Assembly: GCA_044222475.1 (NCBI GenBank)
Contig: JBGANF010000025.1
Location: 1-64,000, forward strand
Source of the DNA: Polyangiaceae bacterium
GTDB taxonomy: Bacteria; Myxococcota_A; Polyangia; Polyangiales; Polyangiaceae
DNA: 64,000 nt
Direction: 5' to 3'
Below are positions 11,238 through 24,706 of this stretch, in pieces. Position numbers and translations under genes: made by a program. Under the pieces are notes generated by a model. The model saw only the letters and a program-made list of their open reading frames with translations, searched no databases and had not been told where the DNA came from. Position 1 is the stretch's first letter, and each line of letters starts with the position of its first letter.

Positions 11238-12643
11238 GTCGCCCCCTTGGTGAAGACCGCCATCTGGGTCGGCGTGCCGACGGTCGCGTCGGGCGTGCCG
11301 ATGCCCATGAAGCGGACGGCGTACTGCCAGCGCTCGGCGACGCCGCGAGCCCACGCTTCGAGCTCCGCGCGCGTCCACTCGAAGCGGTGGTCCTTGTGAC
11401 GAAGGGCGCCGTGTACCAAATTGGGAAACAAGACGTTGTACTCGGCGTTCGGCGTGGTGAGGACGATGGTCTTGGGCTGGGCAAACTCGAAGACGACGCG
11501 CTCGAACGCGCGGAGACGAGGCGGGTCGAGGTGTTCGATGACCTCGACGAGGGCGGCGGCGTCGAAGCCGTGGATGCGCTTGTCGCGGTAGAAGAGGCTG
11601 CCGTGGAGGAGCGTGACGCGGCTGCGTTGGCGCTCCGGCATGGTCTCGAGATCGAGCCGATCACGGGCGCGTTCGAGCGCGCGGTGAGCTACGTCGAGGC
11701 CGACGATGCGCTCGAAGGTGGGCTCCTTCAGCAGCGCGCGCACGAGCTTGCCTTCGCCGCAGCCGAGGTCGACGACGGACTTCGCGCCGGACGCCTTCAA
11801 CGCGGCGAGGACGGAGCCGATGCGTTGCTCGTCGAGCTGCATGGGCTTTTCGAGGGCCTCCTCTTCGCGGGCGTGGCGTCGAACCGGCTCGTCGGGATCG
11901 ACCACTTCGTCGCGCAGCAGGTGGCGGAGCGCGGCGTCGGCGAGGCTTCGTCGGCGCTTCAGGTAGCGACGGGTGATGAGCTCGCACGCGGGATGCGACG
12001 CGAGCCACCCTTCGCCGTGACGAAGGAGCTTGGCGACTTCGTCGTCGCCGACGAAGTAGTGCTTGTCGTCGTCGAGGACGGGGACGAGGACGTACAGGTG
12101 AGTGAGGAGCTCGCGCAGCTTGCAGGTGGCGCGGAGGGTGAGGCGAACGTAGGGACTGGGGCCCCACTCGGGGAAGGCGGAGTCGAGCTCGTGGCCGCTG
12201 ACGTCGACGATGTAGCCGAGCGGCTCGAAGAGTCGGCGAACGAGCTCGGGGCCGCCGCGAGAAGGGATGCACGCGATGGTCGCCTCGAGGGGGATGGCGG
12301 CATCGACGAGGGCGGGTCGTTCCTTGCTGGTGCCGGCGATGGCGCTGCGAAACATGCGAGTGAGCGCGACGCTGAGGAACGACGAGGCAGCGTAGGGGCG
12401 GTCGTTGACGTAGGGCTCGAGGGGTTGGCCTTCGTTCGGTCGCTCGCCGCGCCCGCGCGAGAGCGCGATGGGATCGACCTCGAGGAGGAGGGCGGCGGTG
12501 CAGCGCTCGGTGGTGGCTTCGGGGTAGAAGACGTGGACGCGACCGAAGCCAAGCTCGTCGGACTGGGGGCGGGCGGGGTTCTTGTGAAGAAGAAACCCGA
12601 GGTCCGTGGCCGGTTGGTGGGTGGTCGTGATCGTCAGAAGCAT
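11234..12643 (-). CDS. hen1: 3'-terminal RNA ribose 2'-O-methyltransferase Hen1
   Basis: MLLTITTTHQPATDLGFLLHKNP, YVNDRPY, DLGCGEG, EVIEH, TTPNAEYN and HRFEWTR motifs. Confidence 0.96.
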   Translation of the reverse strand: MLLTITTTHQPATDLGFLLHKNPARPQSDELGFGRVHVFYPEATTERCTAALLLEVDPIALSRGRGERPNEGQPLEPYVNDRPYAASSFLSVALTRMFRSAIAGTSKERPALVDAAIPLEATIACIPSRGGPELVRRLFEPLGYIVDVSGHELDSAFPEWGPSPYVRLTLRATCKLRELLTHLYVLVPVLDDDKHYFVGDDEVAKLLRHGEGWLASHPACELITRRYLKRRRSLADAALRHLLRDEVVDPDEPVRRHAREEEALEKPMQLDEQRIGSVLAALKASGAKSVVDLGCGEGKLVRALLKEPTFERIVGLDVAHRALERARDRLDLETMPERQRSRVTLLHGSLFYRDKRIHGFDAAALVEVIEHLDPPRLRAFERVVFEFAQPKTIVLTTPNAEYNVLFPNLVHGALRHKDHRFEWTRAELEAWARGVAERWQYAVRFMGIGTPDATVGTPTQMAVFTKGAT

Positions 12644-12733
12644 TCGCCGGCACCGAAGCTATCACGCGGAAATTCCGCGGATCTGCTGACGGGTCAGCGG
12701 GTGGTGGTCTGACTGGAGATGGGGAAGCTCGCG

Positions 12734-13108
12734 TTAGCAGCGATAGACGACGGCGGCGACGTTTTGGTCGACGTGCTTCCTCGCGTTGTAGTGACCGAAG
12801 CCCGATGGCGCGATATCGAGTGACTCCTCCTCGATGGGAGTCCTCATGATGTAGTGGGTGCCCCCGTTGTCGGCGGCTTCTCGAGCGATTTGCTCGATGA
12901 GCGTCCCCTTTTCTCCCTCTGCGTGCACCATGCCGATCTCGACGCACGACGACGAAGGGACCTTGTAGACGCGACTCGCGGACCGATCCATAGACGGGTA
13001 GCTTCCCTGCCCCGGCGTCCGCGGGGTGAAGCTGACATCGGGCGTGCAAGCGACCACGCAGGTCGAGAACGCAATCAGCGCGAGCATCGTAAGAGCGGAG
13101 CGCTTCAT
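12734..13108 (-). CDS. Small lipoprotein
   Basis: Leader ending VVAC; REAADNGGTHYI...AVVYRC. Confidence 0.7.
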   Translation of the reverse strand: MKRSALTMLALIAFSTCVVACTPDVSFTPRTPGQGSYPSMDRSASRVYKVPSSSCVEIGMVHAEGEKGTLIEQIAREAADNGGTHYIMRTPIEEESLDIAPSGFGHYNARKHVDQNVAAVVYRC

Positions 13109-13260
13109 CGACCACCAAGGTATCGCCGTCGACGCCGAAGCGAAAGATCGAGATCCGCGGACGAGTGTGCGAAGGCCCGACCTACGGAAGCCCGGCGCCG
13201 CCGTAACGATCGCGTGGACCTCCCGCGTGACTGGAACGGACGCTCCGACGGCGCAGCTCC

Positions 13261-13467
13261 CGTGCGCGAGTCGTGACCGTCGGTGACGCAGTTCCGATTG
13301 ACCGCCTCCTCTAGCCGGGAATCGAGTTCACCGGGCGAATCCTCAAGCTCTTCGTCCGCGACGACATGGACCCGTATGATGTCGAGGACGTTCATCCCGA
13401 CATCCGAGCCGCGATGAAAAGCGCTGGCATCAAACTCACTGAGCCGGATCGGTACAAGGACGACTGA
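13261..13467 (+). pseudogene. Possible gene remnant with an internal TAG
   Basis: Frame reads RARVVTVGDAVPIDRLL*PGIEFTGRILKLFVRDDMDPYDVEDVHPDIRAAMKSAGIKLTEPDRYKDD*. The composition is protein-like, TAG lies at 13312, and there is no clear start. Confidence 0.3.
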
Positions 13468-13531
13468 AGGTCGGACAGAGCGCCTCACCTCTGGCATGCA
13501 CCAAAGGTTGACAAGGTTGACACCGTCCCCC

Positions 13532-14803
13532 TCACCGCGCGGGGGGAAAATCGCTCGGGAGCTGATGCGAGCCCGTCTCGTCGATGTCGGGCGCTTCGCC
13601 CCGATCGTTCGACGCGTCTTCGAAGAAGGCCATCACTTCGTGGCGTCTCGCTCTCGCGTCCGCTCGGCCCATCTCGATGAGCTGGCGACAGAATTGACCG
13701 TCGAAGAGCAGGTAGGAGGAGAGATCCGCCTCGGTCCCGACTCCGAGATCCAGCAACGTCAGCAGCCTCTTCGTCAGGAACGGGTCCCCCTTGAAGCGAC
13801 CCTTGCGAACATGGACGCTCGCCAACCTCCCGATGTCCTCACTCGGCCGAATCGTGAACGAGTTCACGAACCGATACGGCGGCGCGCCGCGCGCCTGCGC
13901 CCGCTGACTCAACGCATCGACGAACCCGTCACCGTATGCCCGCTTGCCGTCCGCGATGACGTTGTTCAGGCGCGTCAACAGCTCGAGGTCGACGTCGATG
14001 TGATCGAGCAAGAACGCATTGAGGATCTTCCCCATCAAGAACGCCGCGCCGGGAGTGCGTACCAATTTGGTATCGTCCTCCCGCACCACCTGACCGCGGA
14101 CCTCTCGCGATCCACCGATCGCGAAGATGTGTGTCGCCCCGAGCCGCAACGCCGGCGCGATCGGCGTGTTCTGACGAAGACCACCGTCCAGGTACAGCTC
14201 GTCGTCGATGCGGACCGGCGGGAACAACAGCGGGATCGCCGCGCTCGCGAGCGCGTGCTGCGGCCCCACGTGCGCCTGGCGAAACAGCGTCCTCGGCGGC
14301 GCGTGCAGCGGGATCGCCCAATCGGGCGACGTCTGCATGAAGACCACCGTGCGCCCCGTCGACACCTCCGTCGTCGACACGCTGAGCGCTCGCACCTTGC
14401 GTCGCCGCAAGTTCCGCGTGACCGCGCGCCAGCTGATCTCTCGCTGGACCAGCTCCGCCATCGGCGTCACGTCGAACAAGCCGTTGCCGTCACCCTTGCC
14501 GCCGAACGCCAAGCGCGGAATGCCCACCACCTGACGAAAGCCGAACCCGAGCACGCGCGTCAGCTCCAGCTCGCTCCAGAGCTCGACCAGGCGCCGCATC
14601 CCCAGCACGGGGTCCATCATGTGGGCCGCGAGGAAACAGCCGTTGATCGCGCCGACGCTCGTGCCGCAGATGATGTCGATCGGCGGCGGCGAACCGCGCA
14701 GGCGCGTCACCTCGTCGAACAAGTACGACAGCACGCCGACTTCGTAGGCGCCGCGCGCTCCGCCGCCCGAGAGAATGATCGCTACCCGCCGAGGTTCGGT
14801 CAT
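13532..14803 (-). CDS. Patatin-like phospholipase
   Basis: SGGGARGAY, GTSVG nucleophile elbow, ASAAIP and LDGG motifs. ATG at 14803 is 2 bp after the kinase stop. Confidence 0.93.
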   Translation of the reverse strand: MTEPRRVAIILSGGGARGAYEVGVLSYLFDEVTRLRGSPPPIDIICGTSVGAINGCFLAAHMMDPVLGMRRLVELWSELELTRVLGFGFRQVVGIPRLAFGGKGDGNGLFDVTPMAELVQREISWRAVTRNLRRRKVRALSVSTTEVSTGRTVVFMQTSPDWAIPLHAPPRTLFRQAHVGPQHALASAAIPLLFPPVRIDDELYLDGGLRQNTPIAPALRLGATHIFAIGGSREVRGQVVREDDTKLVRTPGAAFLMGKILNAFLLDHIDVDLELLTRLNNVIADGKRAYGDGFVDALSQRAQARGAPPYRFVNSFTIRPSEDIGRLASVHVRKGRFKGDPFLTKRLLTLLDLGVGTEADLSSYLLFDGQFCRQLIEMGRADARARRHEVMAFFEDASNDRGEAPDIDETGSHQLPSDFPPAR

Positions 14804-14805
14804 GG

Positions 14806-19260
<4,455 letters not shown>

Positions 19261-19350
19261 CGTAAAGCAGCGAGAAACGTGGCGAGAACGTGACGCGTCA
19301 TTGTCGCACAAATCAGGGGTCGGGGCGCTATACTGGCCGCTTCCCCCTCC

Positions 19351-21081
19351 ATGCCCTCGCCGCCCCGGCCGCGACCGGACGCCCCTACGTCGACGGGCGT
19401 CTTCAGTCGCACGCCGCTCCCCCACCTGCTGGTGTACTCGATCGAGAAGAACCTCGACGGGACGTTCGATTTTCTGAGCCCAGCAGGTGACCGTGCGGTG
19501 CTCCTCGTTCACGGCGGGCTGCCGGCGAAGATCGACGTGCAGGGCGTGCCGCTCTACCTCGGCCAGGTCCTCGTCGAGCTCGGCTACCTCAGCGCGGCCG
19601 ATCGCGATGCTTCGCTCTCGGAGCTCGCAGCCGCGCGCGTCCTCCACGGGCAGCTCCTCCTCGGGATGGGGCTGATCACCGATGCACAGCTCTTGCTCGG
19701 CCTGCGCACCCAGATCCTGCGCAAGCTCGGGTTCCTGTTCCAATGGGCGCCGGAGAGCACGTTCTCGTTCTACGCCGGCTTCGACGGCCTCGATGGGGTC
19801 GGCGGCGAACCGACCCGCGTCGATCCGATGCCCGCGCTCTGGTCGGGCATCCGCGAAGCCACGCTGACCGACCAAGCCGTGAAGGTCCTCGACCACGCGA
19901 GCAAAGGCCGTCTGCGGCTCACGAAGACGCAACAGCTCGAGCGCTTCGACCTTCGCTCCGAAGAGAAGCGCATGATGGATCTCCTCCGCGTGCGTCCGCT
20001 CACCGTCGACGAGCTCGTGCGCAACGCCGAGGGCCTCTCCGAGCGCGCGGCGAAGCTCCTCATCTACTGCCTCTTGATCACGAAGCAGATCGAGACCATC
20101 GCAGCCACGACGGACGACGCCCAACCGCCGTCGAGCGACTCCGAGTCGCGCATTCCGGCCGCTGCGCCGTCGAGCAATCAGCCGGTCGCGCGGGTGAAGG
20201 TGAAGCGCGCGATCGCGAACAAGAGCTACCCGGTCATCGAAGAGCACCTCGTGAACGCAGCGATGGATCAGCGGCGTTCACCGGTCCCCGGTACGCTGAA
20301 GGCCCAAGAGGATCCGCGACGCAGAGAGATCATCGAGCGCGCGCAGATCATCGACAAGTTGGACTACTTCGCGATGCTCGGCATCGGCGAGACCGCCACG
20401 CCCGAAGAGGTGAAGGCCGCGTACTTCGGCCTCGCACGCACGTGGCACCCCGACAAGCTCCCGTCGCACCTCGCCGACGTGAGGGACCAATGTTCCCGCG
20501 TGTTCGCGCGGCTGAGTGAGGCGCACGCGACGCTGGTCGATGGCGACAAGCGCACGCGGTACCTCCAGCTGATGAAGGAAGGCGGGGCTACGCCCGAGGA
20601 GCAGGACGCGGTGGCCAACGTCCTCGAGGCGACGATCGACTTCCAGAAGGCGGAGATCTGCCTGCGACGAGGTGACAACGCCGGCGCCGAGGCGCTCGCG
20701 CGGAAGGCACACCAGGCCGATCCGCAGCAGGCGGAGTACCTGGCGATGCTCGCGTGGCTCGAGGCGCTCAAGCCGGAGGGGCAGAGCCCCGAGGCGACGC
20801 AGGCGAAGATCGCCATGCTGAACCGGGCGTGCTCGATGAACGCAAAATGCGAGCGCGCGTTCTTCTATCGGGCGATGCTCCACAAGCGAGCGGGCTACGA
20901 AGAGAAGGCCATGGCCGACTTCAAGACGGCGACGACGCTCAACGTGCACAACGTGGATGCCCAGCGCGAGCTGCGGCTCCTCGAGATGCGGCGCAAATCG
21001 GGAGCGAGCAAACCCCCCGAGGCCGCCACGACGGACAAGGGCGAGAAGCCGGGCCTGTTCGGTCGTCTCTTCAAGAAGTGA
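19351..21081 (+). CDS. DUF4388-like + DnaJ domain + TPR protein
   Basis: DYFAMLGI...AYFGLARTWHPDKL J-domain with intact HPD; TPR-like tail; GLFGRLFKK end. Confidence 0.88.
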   Translation: MPSPPRPRPDAPTSTGVFSRTPLPHLLVYSIEKNLDGTFDFLSPAGDRAVLLVHGGLPAKIDVQGVPLYLGQVLVELGYLSAADRDASLSELAAARVLHGQLLLGMGLITDAQLLLGLRTQILRKLGFLFQWAPESTFSFYAGFDGLDGVGGEPTRVDPMPALWSGIREATLTDQAVKVLDHASKGRLRLTKTQQLERFDLRSEEKRMMDLLRVRPLTVDELVRNAEGLSERAAKLLIYCLLITKQIETIAATTDDAQPPSSDSESRIPAAAPSSNQPVARVKVKRAIANKSYPVIEEHLVNAAMDQRRSPVPGTLKAQEDPRRREIIERAQIIDKLDYFAMLGIGETATPEEVKAAYFGLARTWHPDKLPSHLADVRDQCSRVFARLSEAHATLVDGDKRTRYLQLMKEGGATPEEQDAVANVLEATIDFQKAEICLRRGDNAGAEALARKAHQADPQQAEYLAMLAWLEALKPEGQSPEATQAKIAMLNRACSMNAKCERAFFYRAMLHKRAGYEEKAMADFKTATTLNVHNVDAQRELRLLEMRRKSGASKPPEAATTDKGEKPGLFGRLFKK

Positions 21082-21103
21082 GAAGAGAACCGCCAGGGCG
21101 CCA

Positions 21104-21185
21104 GGACGCCAGGGATGCCGGCGGTCGACATCCGAAGAGAGAGGGTGCTGACGCTCTCTTCGAGCTCGTCCATCCCTGGCGTTCC
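21104..21185. repeat. Nested inverted repeat (REP-like or bidirectional terminator) between convergent genes
   Basis: Outer arms GGACGCCAGGGATG / CATCCCTGGCGTTCC; inner arms CGAAGAGAG / CTCTCTTCG. Confidence 0.7.
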
Positions 21186-21212
21186 TTCCCTGAGCGCCGC
21201 GCGTGAAGCGGG

Positions 21213-22061
21213 TCAGCGCCGAACGGGCTCGTCCACGCTGAAGACGAAGCTCATCCCGGCGCTCGTCACCGCGTCGGCGATCGCGATCGCGTCGCCGTAG
21301 CGCGCGTCCAGGCTGCAGCGGATCTCCACCGACGCCGGCGCTCGGCCGAGCAGCTGCAACAGCATCGCGCTGGCGCTCGCGTCGGCGCCCGCATCGGGCT
21401 CCGGCGGTGGCGGCCCGGCGATGCAAGCCGCGAACGCAGCGGTGTCCGTCCCGGTGACCCACTGGCAATCACGTGCACCTCCGTCCTCGCTGCGCTCGAG
21501 CCGTGCCCCCTTCGCGTCGACGCGAACCCGTTCGGTGCCGGCGAGGATCGGGATCGGATGAAGCACGCGCAGCGCACCGGACGGATCCTTCACGAGGAAG
21601 AGATCCGCGGAGAACCCGCCCTGCGCGAGCAGCACGTACGCCTCGCTGACGAGGCCGAAGCGAACGTCGCGATCGGCGGCGACCTCCAGTGTTCGGCTCT
21701 CGACGCCGGCATCCGCGAAGACGCCGACGCCCCAGGTCGCGATGCTCGTGAGCTCCGAGCTCGGAAACACGGTCGCACCGGGCGACGGCATCGGCGAGAC
21801 GACGCGCCCGAAGAGGCGGAGGTCGTGCTTGCCGAGCTCGAGCCGTGCGTGCGGCTTGCGGAGCGTCTCGGCGTGACGCGCGACCGGAAGCTCGATGTCG
21901 CCTCCGAGAGGCGCTTCGGTGCGCGTCTGCTCCAGCAGCGTCGTCGCCGCGCGATCGTCGGCGTAGGTCGGATCGCGCGTGAGCGCACGGTATGCGCCGA
22001 ACGCGACACCCCCGAAGACGACGACGGCGCCGCCGATGACGAGGATGCGCCGGCCCGTCAC
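21213..22061 (-). CDS. Membrane-anchored protein with ExbD-like segments
   Basis: N-terminal TM helix; VAADRDVRFGLV and SLDARYGDAIAIAD resemble the ExbD periplasmic motif. Confidence 0.6.
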   Translation of the reverse strand: MTGRRILVIGGAVVVFGGVAFGAYRALTRDPTYADDRAATTLLEQTRTEAPLGGDIELPVARHAETLRKPHARLELGKHDLRLFGRVVSPMPSPGATVFPSSELTSIATWGVGVFADAGVESRTLEVAADRDVRFGLVSEAYVLLAQGGFSADLFLVKDPSGALRVLHPIPILAGTERVRVDAKGARLERSEDGGARDCQWVTGTDTAAFAACIAGPPPPEPDAGADASASAMLLQLLGRAPASVEIRCSLDARYGDAIAIADAVTSAGMSFVFSVDEPVRR

Positions 22062-22065
22062 GACG

Positions 22066-23355
22066 TCATGCCACCGGCGGCGGCTTTGCCGAGAGCGAAC
22101 GAATGGGCTCGAAGTCGGAGCGGAACACCCGATCGAACTCGGCAGCGAACGCCTCCGCCGACATGCCGACGACGCGCGCGATGCGCTGGAGCTCCTCCGG
22201 GTTCTCCCGGTCGGAGCGACGCAGCCGAAGCATGTACGTGCGCGCGATGCGGTACCGATCGGAGTCGAGGTCGACCATGCGCACGCGCATGCGGTGCGTC
22301 GTCGGATCCATGATGGCGCTGAACGGGATCGGCGTGAACTTCCCGGCCACCATCGCGATCAGCGTGTTGGTCCCGCCTTCGATGACGTACCGCGCAGCGC
22401 AGTACCCGAGGTCGCGCGTGTACTCCATGTCGGTCGGTACGGGGTCGGCGCAGCGCAGCTCGTAGCCGATGTTCTTCGCGACGAGCGTCGCCGACACTCC
22501 GAGCTTGGAGAGGCGCTCCCGAAGCTTTCGCCGGACGATCTCGGCGAAGTCGATCTCGGCGATGCGGATGTGGTCGTGCTCGTCGCGCTCGACGCCGGCG
22601 AGACCGACGAGATCGGCCTCTGGGAGGATCTCGACCAGGCCCTCGGCGAGGACGGCCACGCCGTCGGTGCGACCATCGGCGAGGCGCTTGATGACGGAGC
22701 CGGCGAGCGTGTCGACGATGGTGTCGAGGCGCGCGTTCTCGCCCTTGAACTCCTCGGGGATGAGCGTGATCGTCGCGCCCGCGGCCTTGCCGATGCCGAG
22801 CGCGAGGTGGCCGGCCTTTCGACCCATCGCGACGACGACGTACCATCGGCCGGTGGTGCGAGCGTCGACCATCAAGCTCTGCACGATGCCGGCGCCGAGG
22901 CTCCGAGCGGTCGTGTAGCCGAACGTGGGGGTGCCTTCCGGGAGATCCAGGTCGTTGTCGATCGTCTTCGGGACGTGCACGACGCGCAGCGTGCCTTTCG
23001 ACGCCTCGGCGAGGCGGTACGCGCTGTACGCCGTGTCGTCGCCGCCGATCGTGACGAGCATCGAGACGTCGAGCTTCTTCAAGGTCTCGCGAGTCGTTTC
23101 GAGATCACCTTCGTGCTTGGTCGGGTTCGCGCGCGAGATGCCGAGCGTCGACCCGCCGCGGAAATGGATGCGGCTCGTGTCGGCGATGGTGAGCGGCGTC
23201 ACGCGGGAGGTGTCGCCCTTCATGATCCACTTGAAGCCGTCGTGGACGCCGAGGACTTGGATCCCGGACAGGCAGGCGCGAATGGTGGCGGCGCCGATGA
23301 CGCTGTTGATTCCAGGGGCCGGACCGCCGGCAGCGAGGATGGCGAGCTTACTCAC
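22066..23355 (-). CDS. pfp: Phosphofructokinase, probably PPi-dependent
   Basis: GGPAPGIN, GGDDT plus PKTIDND (PPi-type signature), MGRKAG and GYELR. GTG start overlaps the upstream stop. Confidence 0.9.
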   Translation of the reverse strand: MSKLAILAAGGPAPGINSVIGAATIRACLSGIQVLGVHDGFKWIMKGDTSRVTPLTIADTSRIHFRGGSTLGISRANPTKHEGDLETTRETLKKLDVSMLVTIGGDDTAYSAYRLAEASKGTLRVVHVPKTIDNDLDLPEGTPTFGYTTARSLGAGIVQSLMVDARTTGRWYVVVAMGRKAGHLALGIGKAAGATITLIPEEFKGENARLDTIVDTLAGSVIKRLADGRTDGVAVLAEGLVEILPEADLVGLAGVERDEHDHIRIAEIDFAEIVRRKLRERLSKLGVSATLVAKNIGYELRCADPVPTDMEYTRDLGYCAARYVIEGGTNTLIAMVAGKFTPIPFSAIMDPTTHRMRVRMVDLDSDRYRIARTYMLRLRRSDRENPEELQRIARVVGMSAEAFAAEFDRVFRSDFEPIRSLSAKPPPVA

Positions 23356-23888
23356 GCGGGGCGACGAGCATAGCGAAGGAACAGCACGATGGCGAAGAAG
23401 AGGGCGACGATCGCCGCTCCGACCATCGGAAACGAGGAGGAGGGCGCGGCCTTCGGCTTCGGCAATTCGAGGCGGATCGACCGCTCCTTGGGTCCCAGCA
23501 CGGCCTGCGCGGTCCTCGGGCCGGCCGCGATCCGCGCCACGTTGCGGTGGCTCGGCCCGAGATCGGAGAGAAGGAACAGCGTCAGCTCGTACGCAGCGGC
23601 GTCCTTGGGGCAACGAAACGCGATCGCCGCTTCGACCGCATCTCCGACCTTCTCCCATCGGTCGACGGTGCCGGTGCATGGCTCGCCATCGGCGCGCAGC
23701 TCGACGCCGGTCGCGAGGAAGTCGGCGGCGCTCGTCTTCCCCACGTCCGCCGCGGTGAACGTGAACCGCGCGTCGACCTTGCCGCCTTCGGCGATCTCGA
23801 CCTCCGTCGTCGAGACGCCGCGGTCGTGCGCGAACGCCACGCCGGCCAGCAGCAACACCGAGAGTGCAACGATGGGTCGCCGGAGCAC
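23352..23888 (-). CDS. Exported protein resembling the N-terminal domain of HupE/UreJ fusions, with a C-terminal TM
   Basis: Signal AFA-H, two Cys, HRNVARI and a C-terminal hydrophobic helix. Confidence 0.6.
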   Translation of the reverse strand: MLRRPIVALSVLLLAGVAFAHDRGVSTTEVEIAEGGKVDARFTFTAADVGKTSAADFLATGVELRADGEPCTGTVDRWEKVGDAVEAAIAFRCPKDAAAYELTLFLLSDLGPSHRNVARIAAGPRTAQAVLGPKERSIRLELPKPKAAPSSSFPMVGAAIVALFFAIVLFLRYARRPA

Positions 23889-23923
23889 CGACGGCAGAGT
23901 ACGATGCGACTCCTCCGAAGACG

Positions 23924-24706
23924 ATGTTTCGACGATCGATCGACGATCAAGAGCTGGACGACGCCGTCGCCACCTACCGACGCGAAGGCTATGCGCACAT
24001 CCCAGCCGTCGCCGACGACGCCACGATGGAGGCGCTCGCCGCGCGCTCGAACGAGATCATGCACGGTCGCGTGAGCTACGACGGGCTCTTCTTCCAGCTC
24101 GATAGCGCGAGCGGGAAGTACTACGACCTCAAGTTCGGTGAGGGCTGGGAGGGGCCGTCGGACCACTACCGAAAGATCGAGAAGCTCGAGCTCGACCCGC
24201 TGTTCCGCGCCTGGCTCGAGAACTCGGTGTTCGAGCGCATCGTGCGGCGGGTCATCGCCGGGCCGATCAGCATCTACCGCGCGGTGCTCTTCTCGAAGGC
24301 CGCGCACGGCGGGTCCGATCTGCCGTTTCATCAGGACGCGGGGAAATTCTGGGGCATCGATCGCGATCCCGAGCTCCAGATCTGGACCGCGCTCGACGAC
24401 GCTCCGGTCGAAGCCGGGTGCCTCGAGGTGTTCCCCCGCAGCCACGAGGGCGGCCTCGTGACGCCGATCGGCGGGGTCGTCCCGGCCGAGCGCGTCGCTC
24501 GGTCGGAGGCCGGTACCAAAACGGTACCGGTGCCGGCGAAGCGCGGTGACGTCGTGTTGGTGCACAACTACGTCTGGCACCGGAGCGGGCGCAACGCCAC
24601 CGACCACCCGCGGCGCGGGTTCACGGTCTGCTACATGAGCGCGGCGACGAAGTGCCTGCGCACGAAGCGCACGCCACGCACGTTCACCCGCGTCTTCACT
24701 GCTTAG
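23924..24706 (+). CDS. PhyH-family Fe(II)/2-oxoglutarate dioxygenase
   Basis: FHQD, WTALDD..GCLEVFPRSH and WHRSGRN motifs. Confidence 0.9.
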   Translation: MFRRSIDDQELDDAVATYRREGYAHIPAVADDATMEALAARSNEIMHGRVSYDGLFFQLDSASGKYYDLKFGEGWEGPSDHYRKIEKLELDPLFRAWLENSVFERIVRRVIAGPISIYRAVLFSKAAHGGSDLPFHQDAGKFWGIDRDPELQIWTALDDAPVEAGCLEVFPRSHEGGLVTPIGGVVPAERVARSEAGTKTVPVPAKRGDVVLVHNYVWHRSGRNATDHPRRGFTVCYMSAATKCLRTKRTPRTFTRVFTA

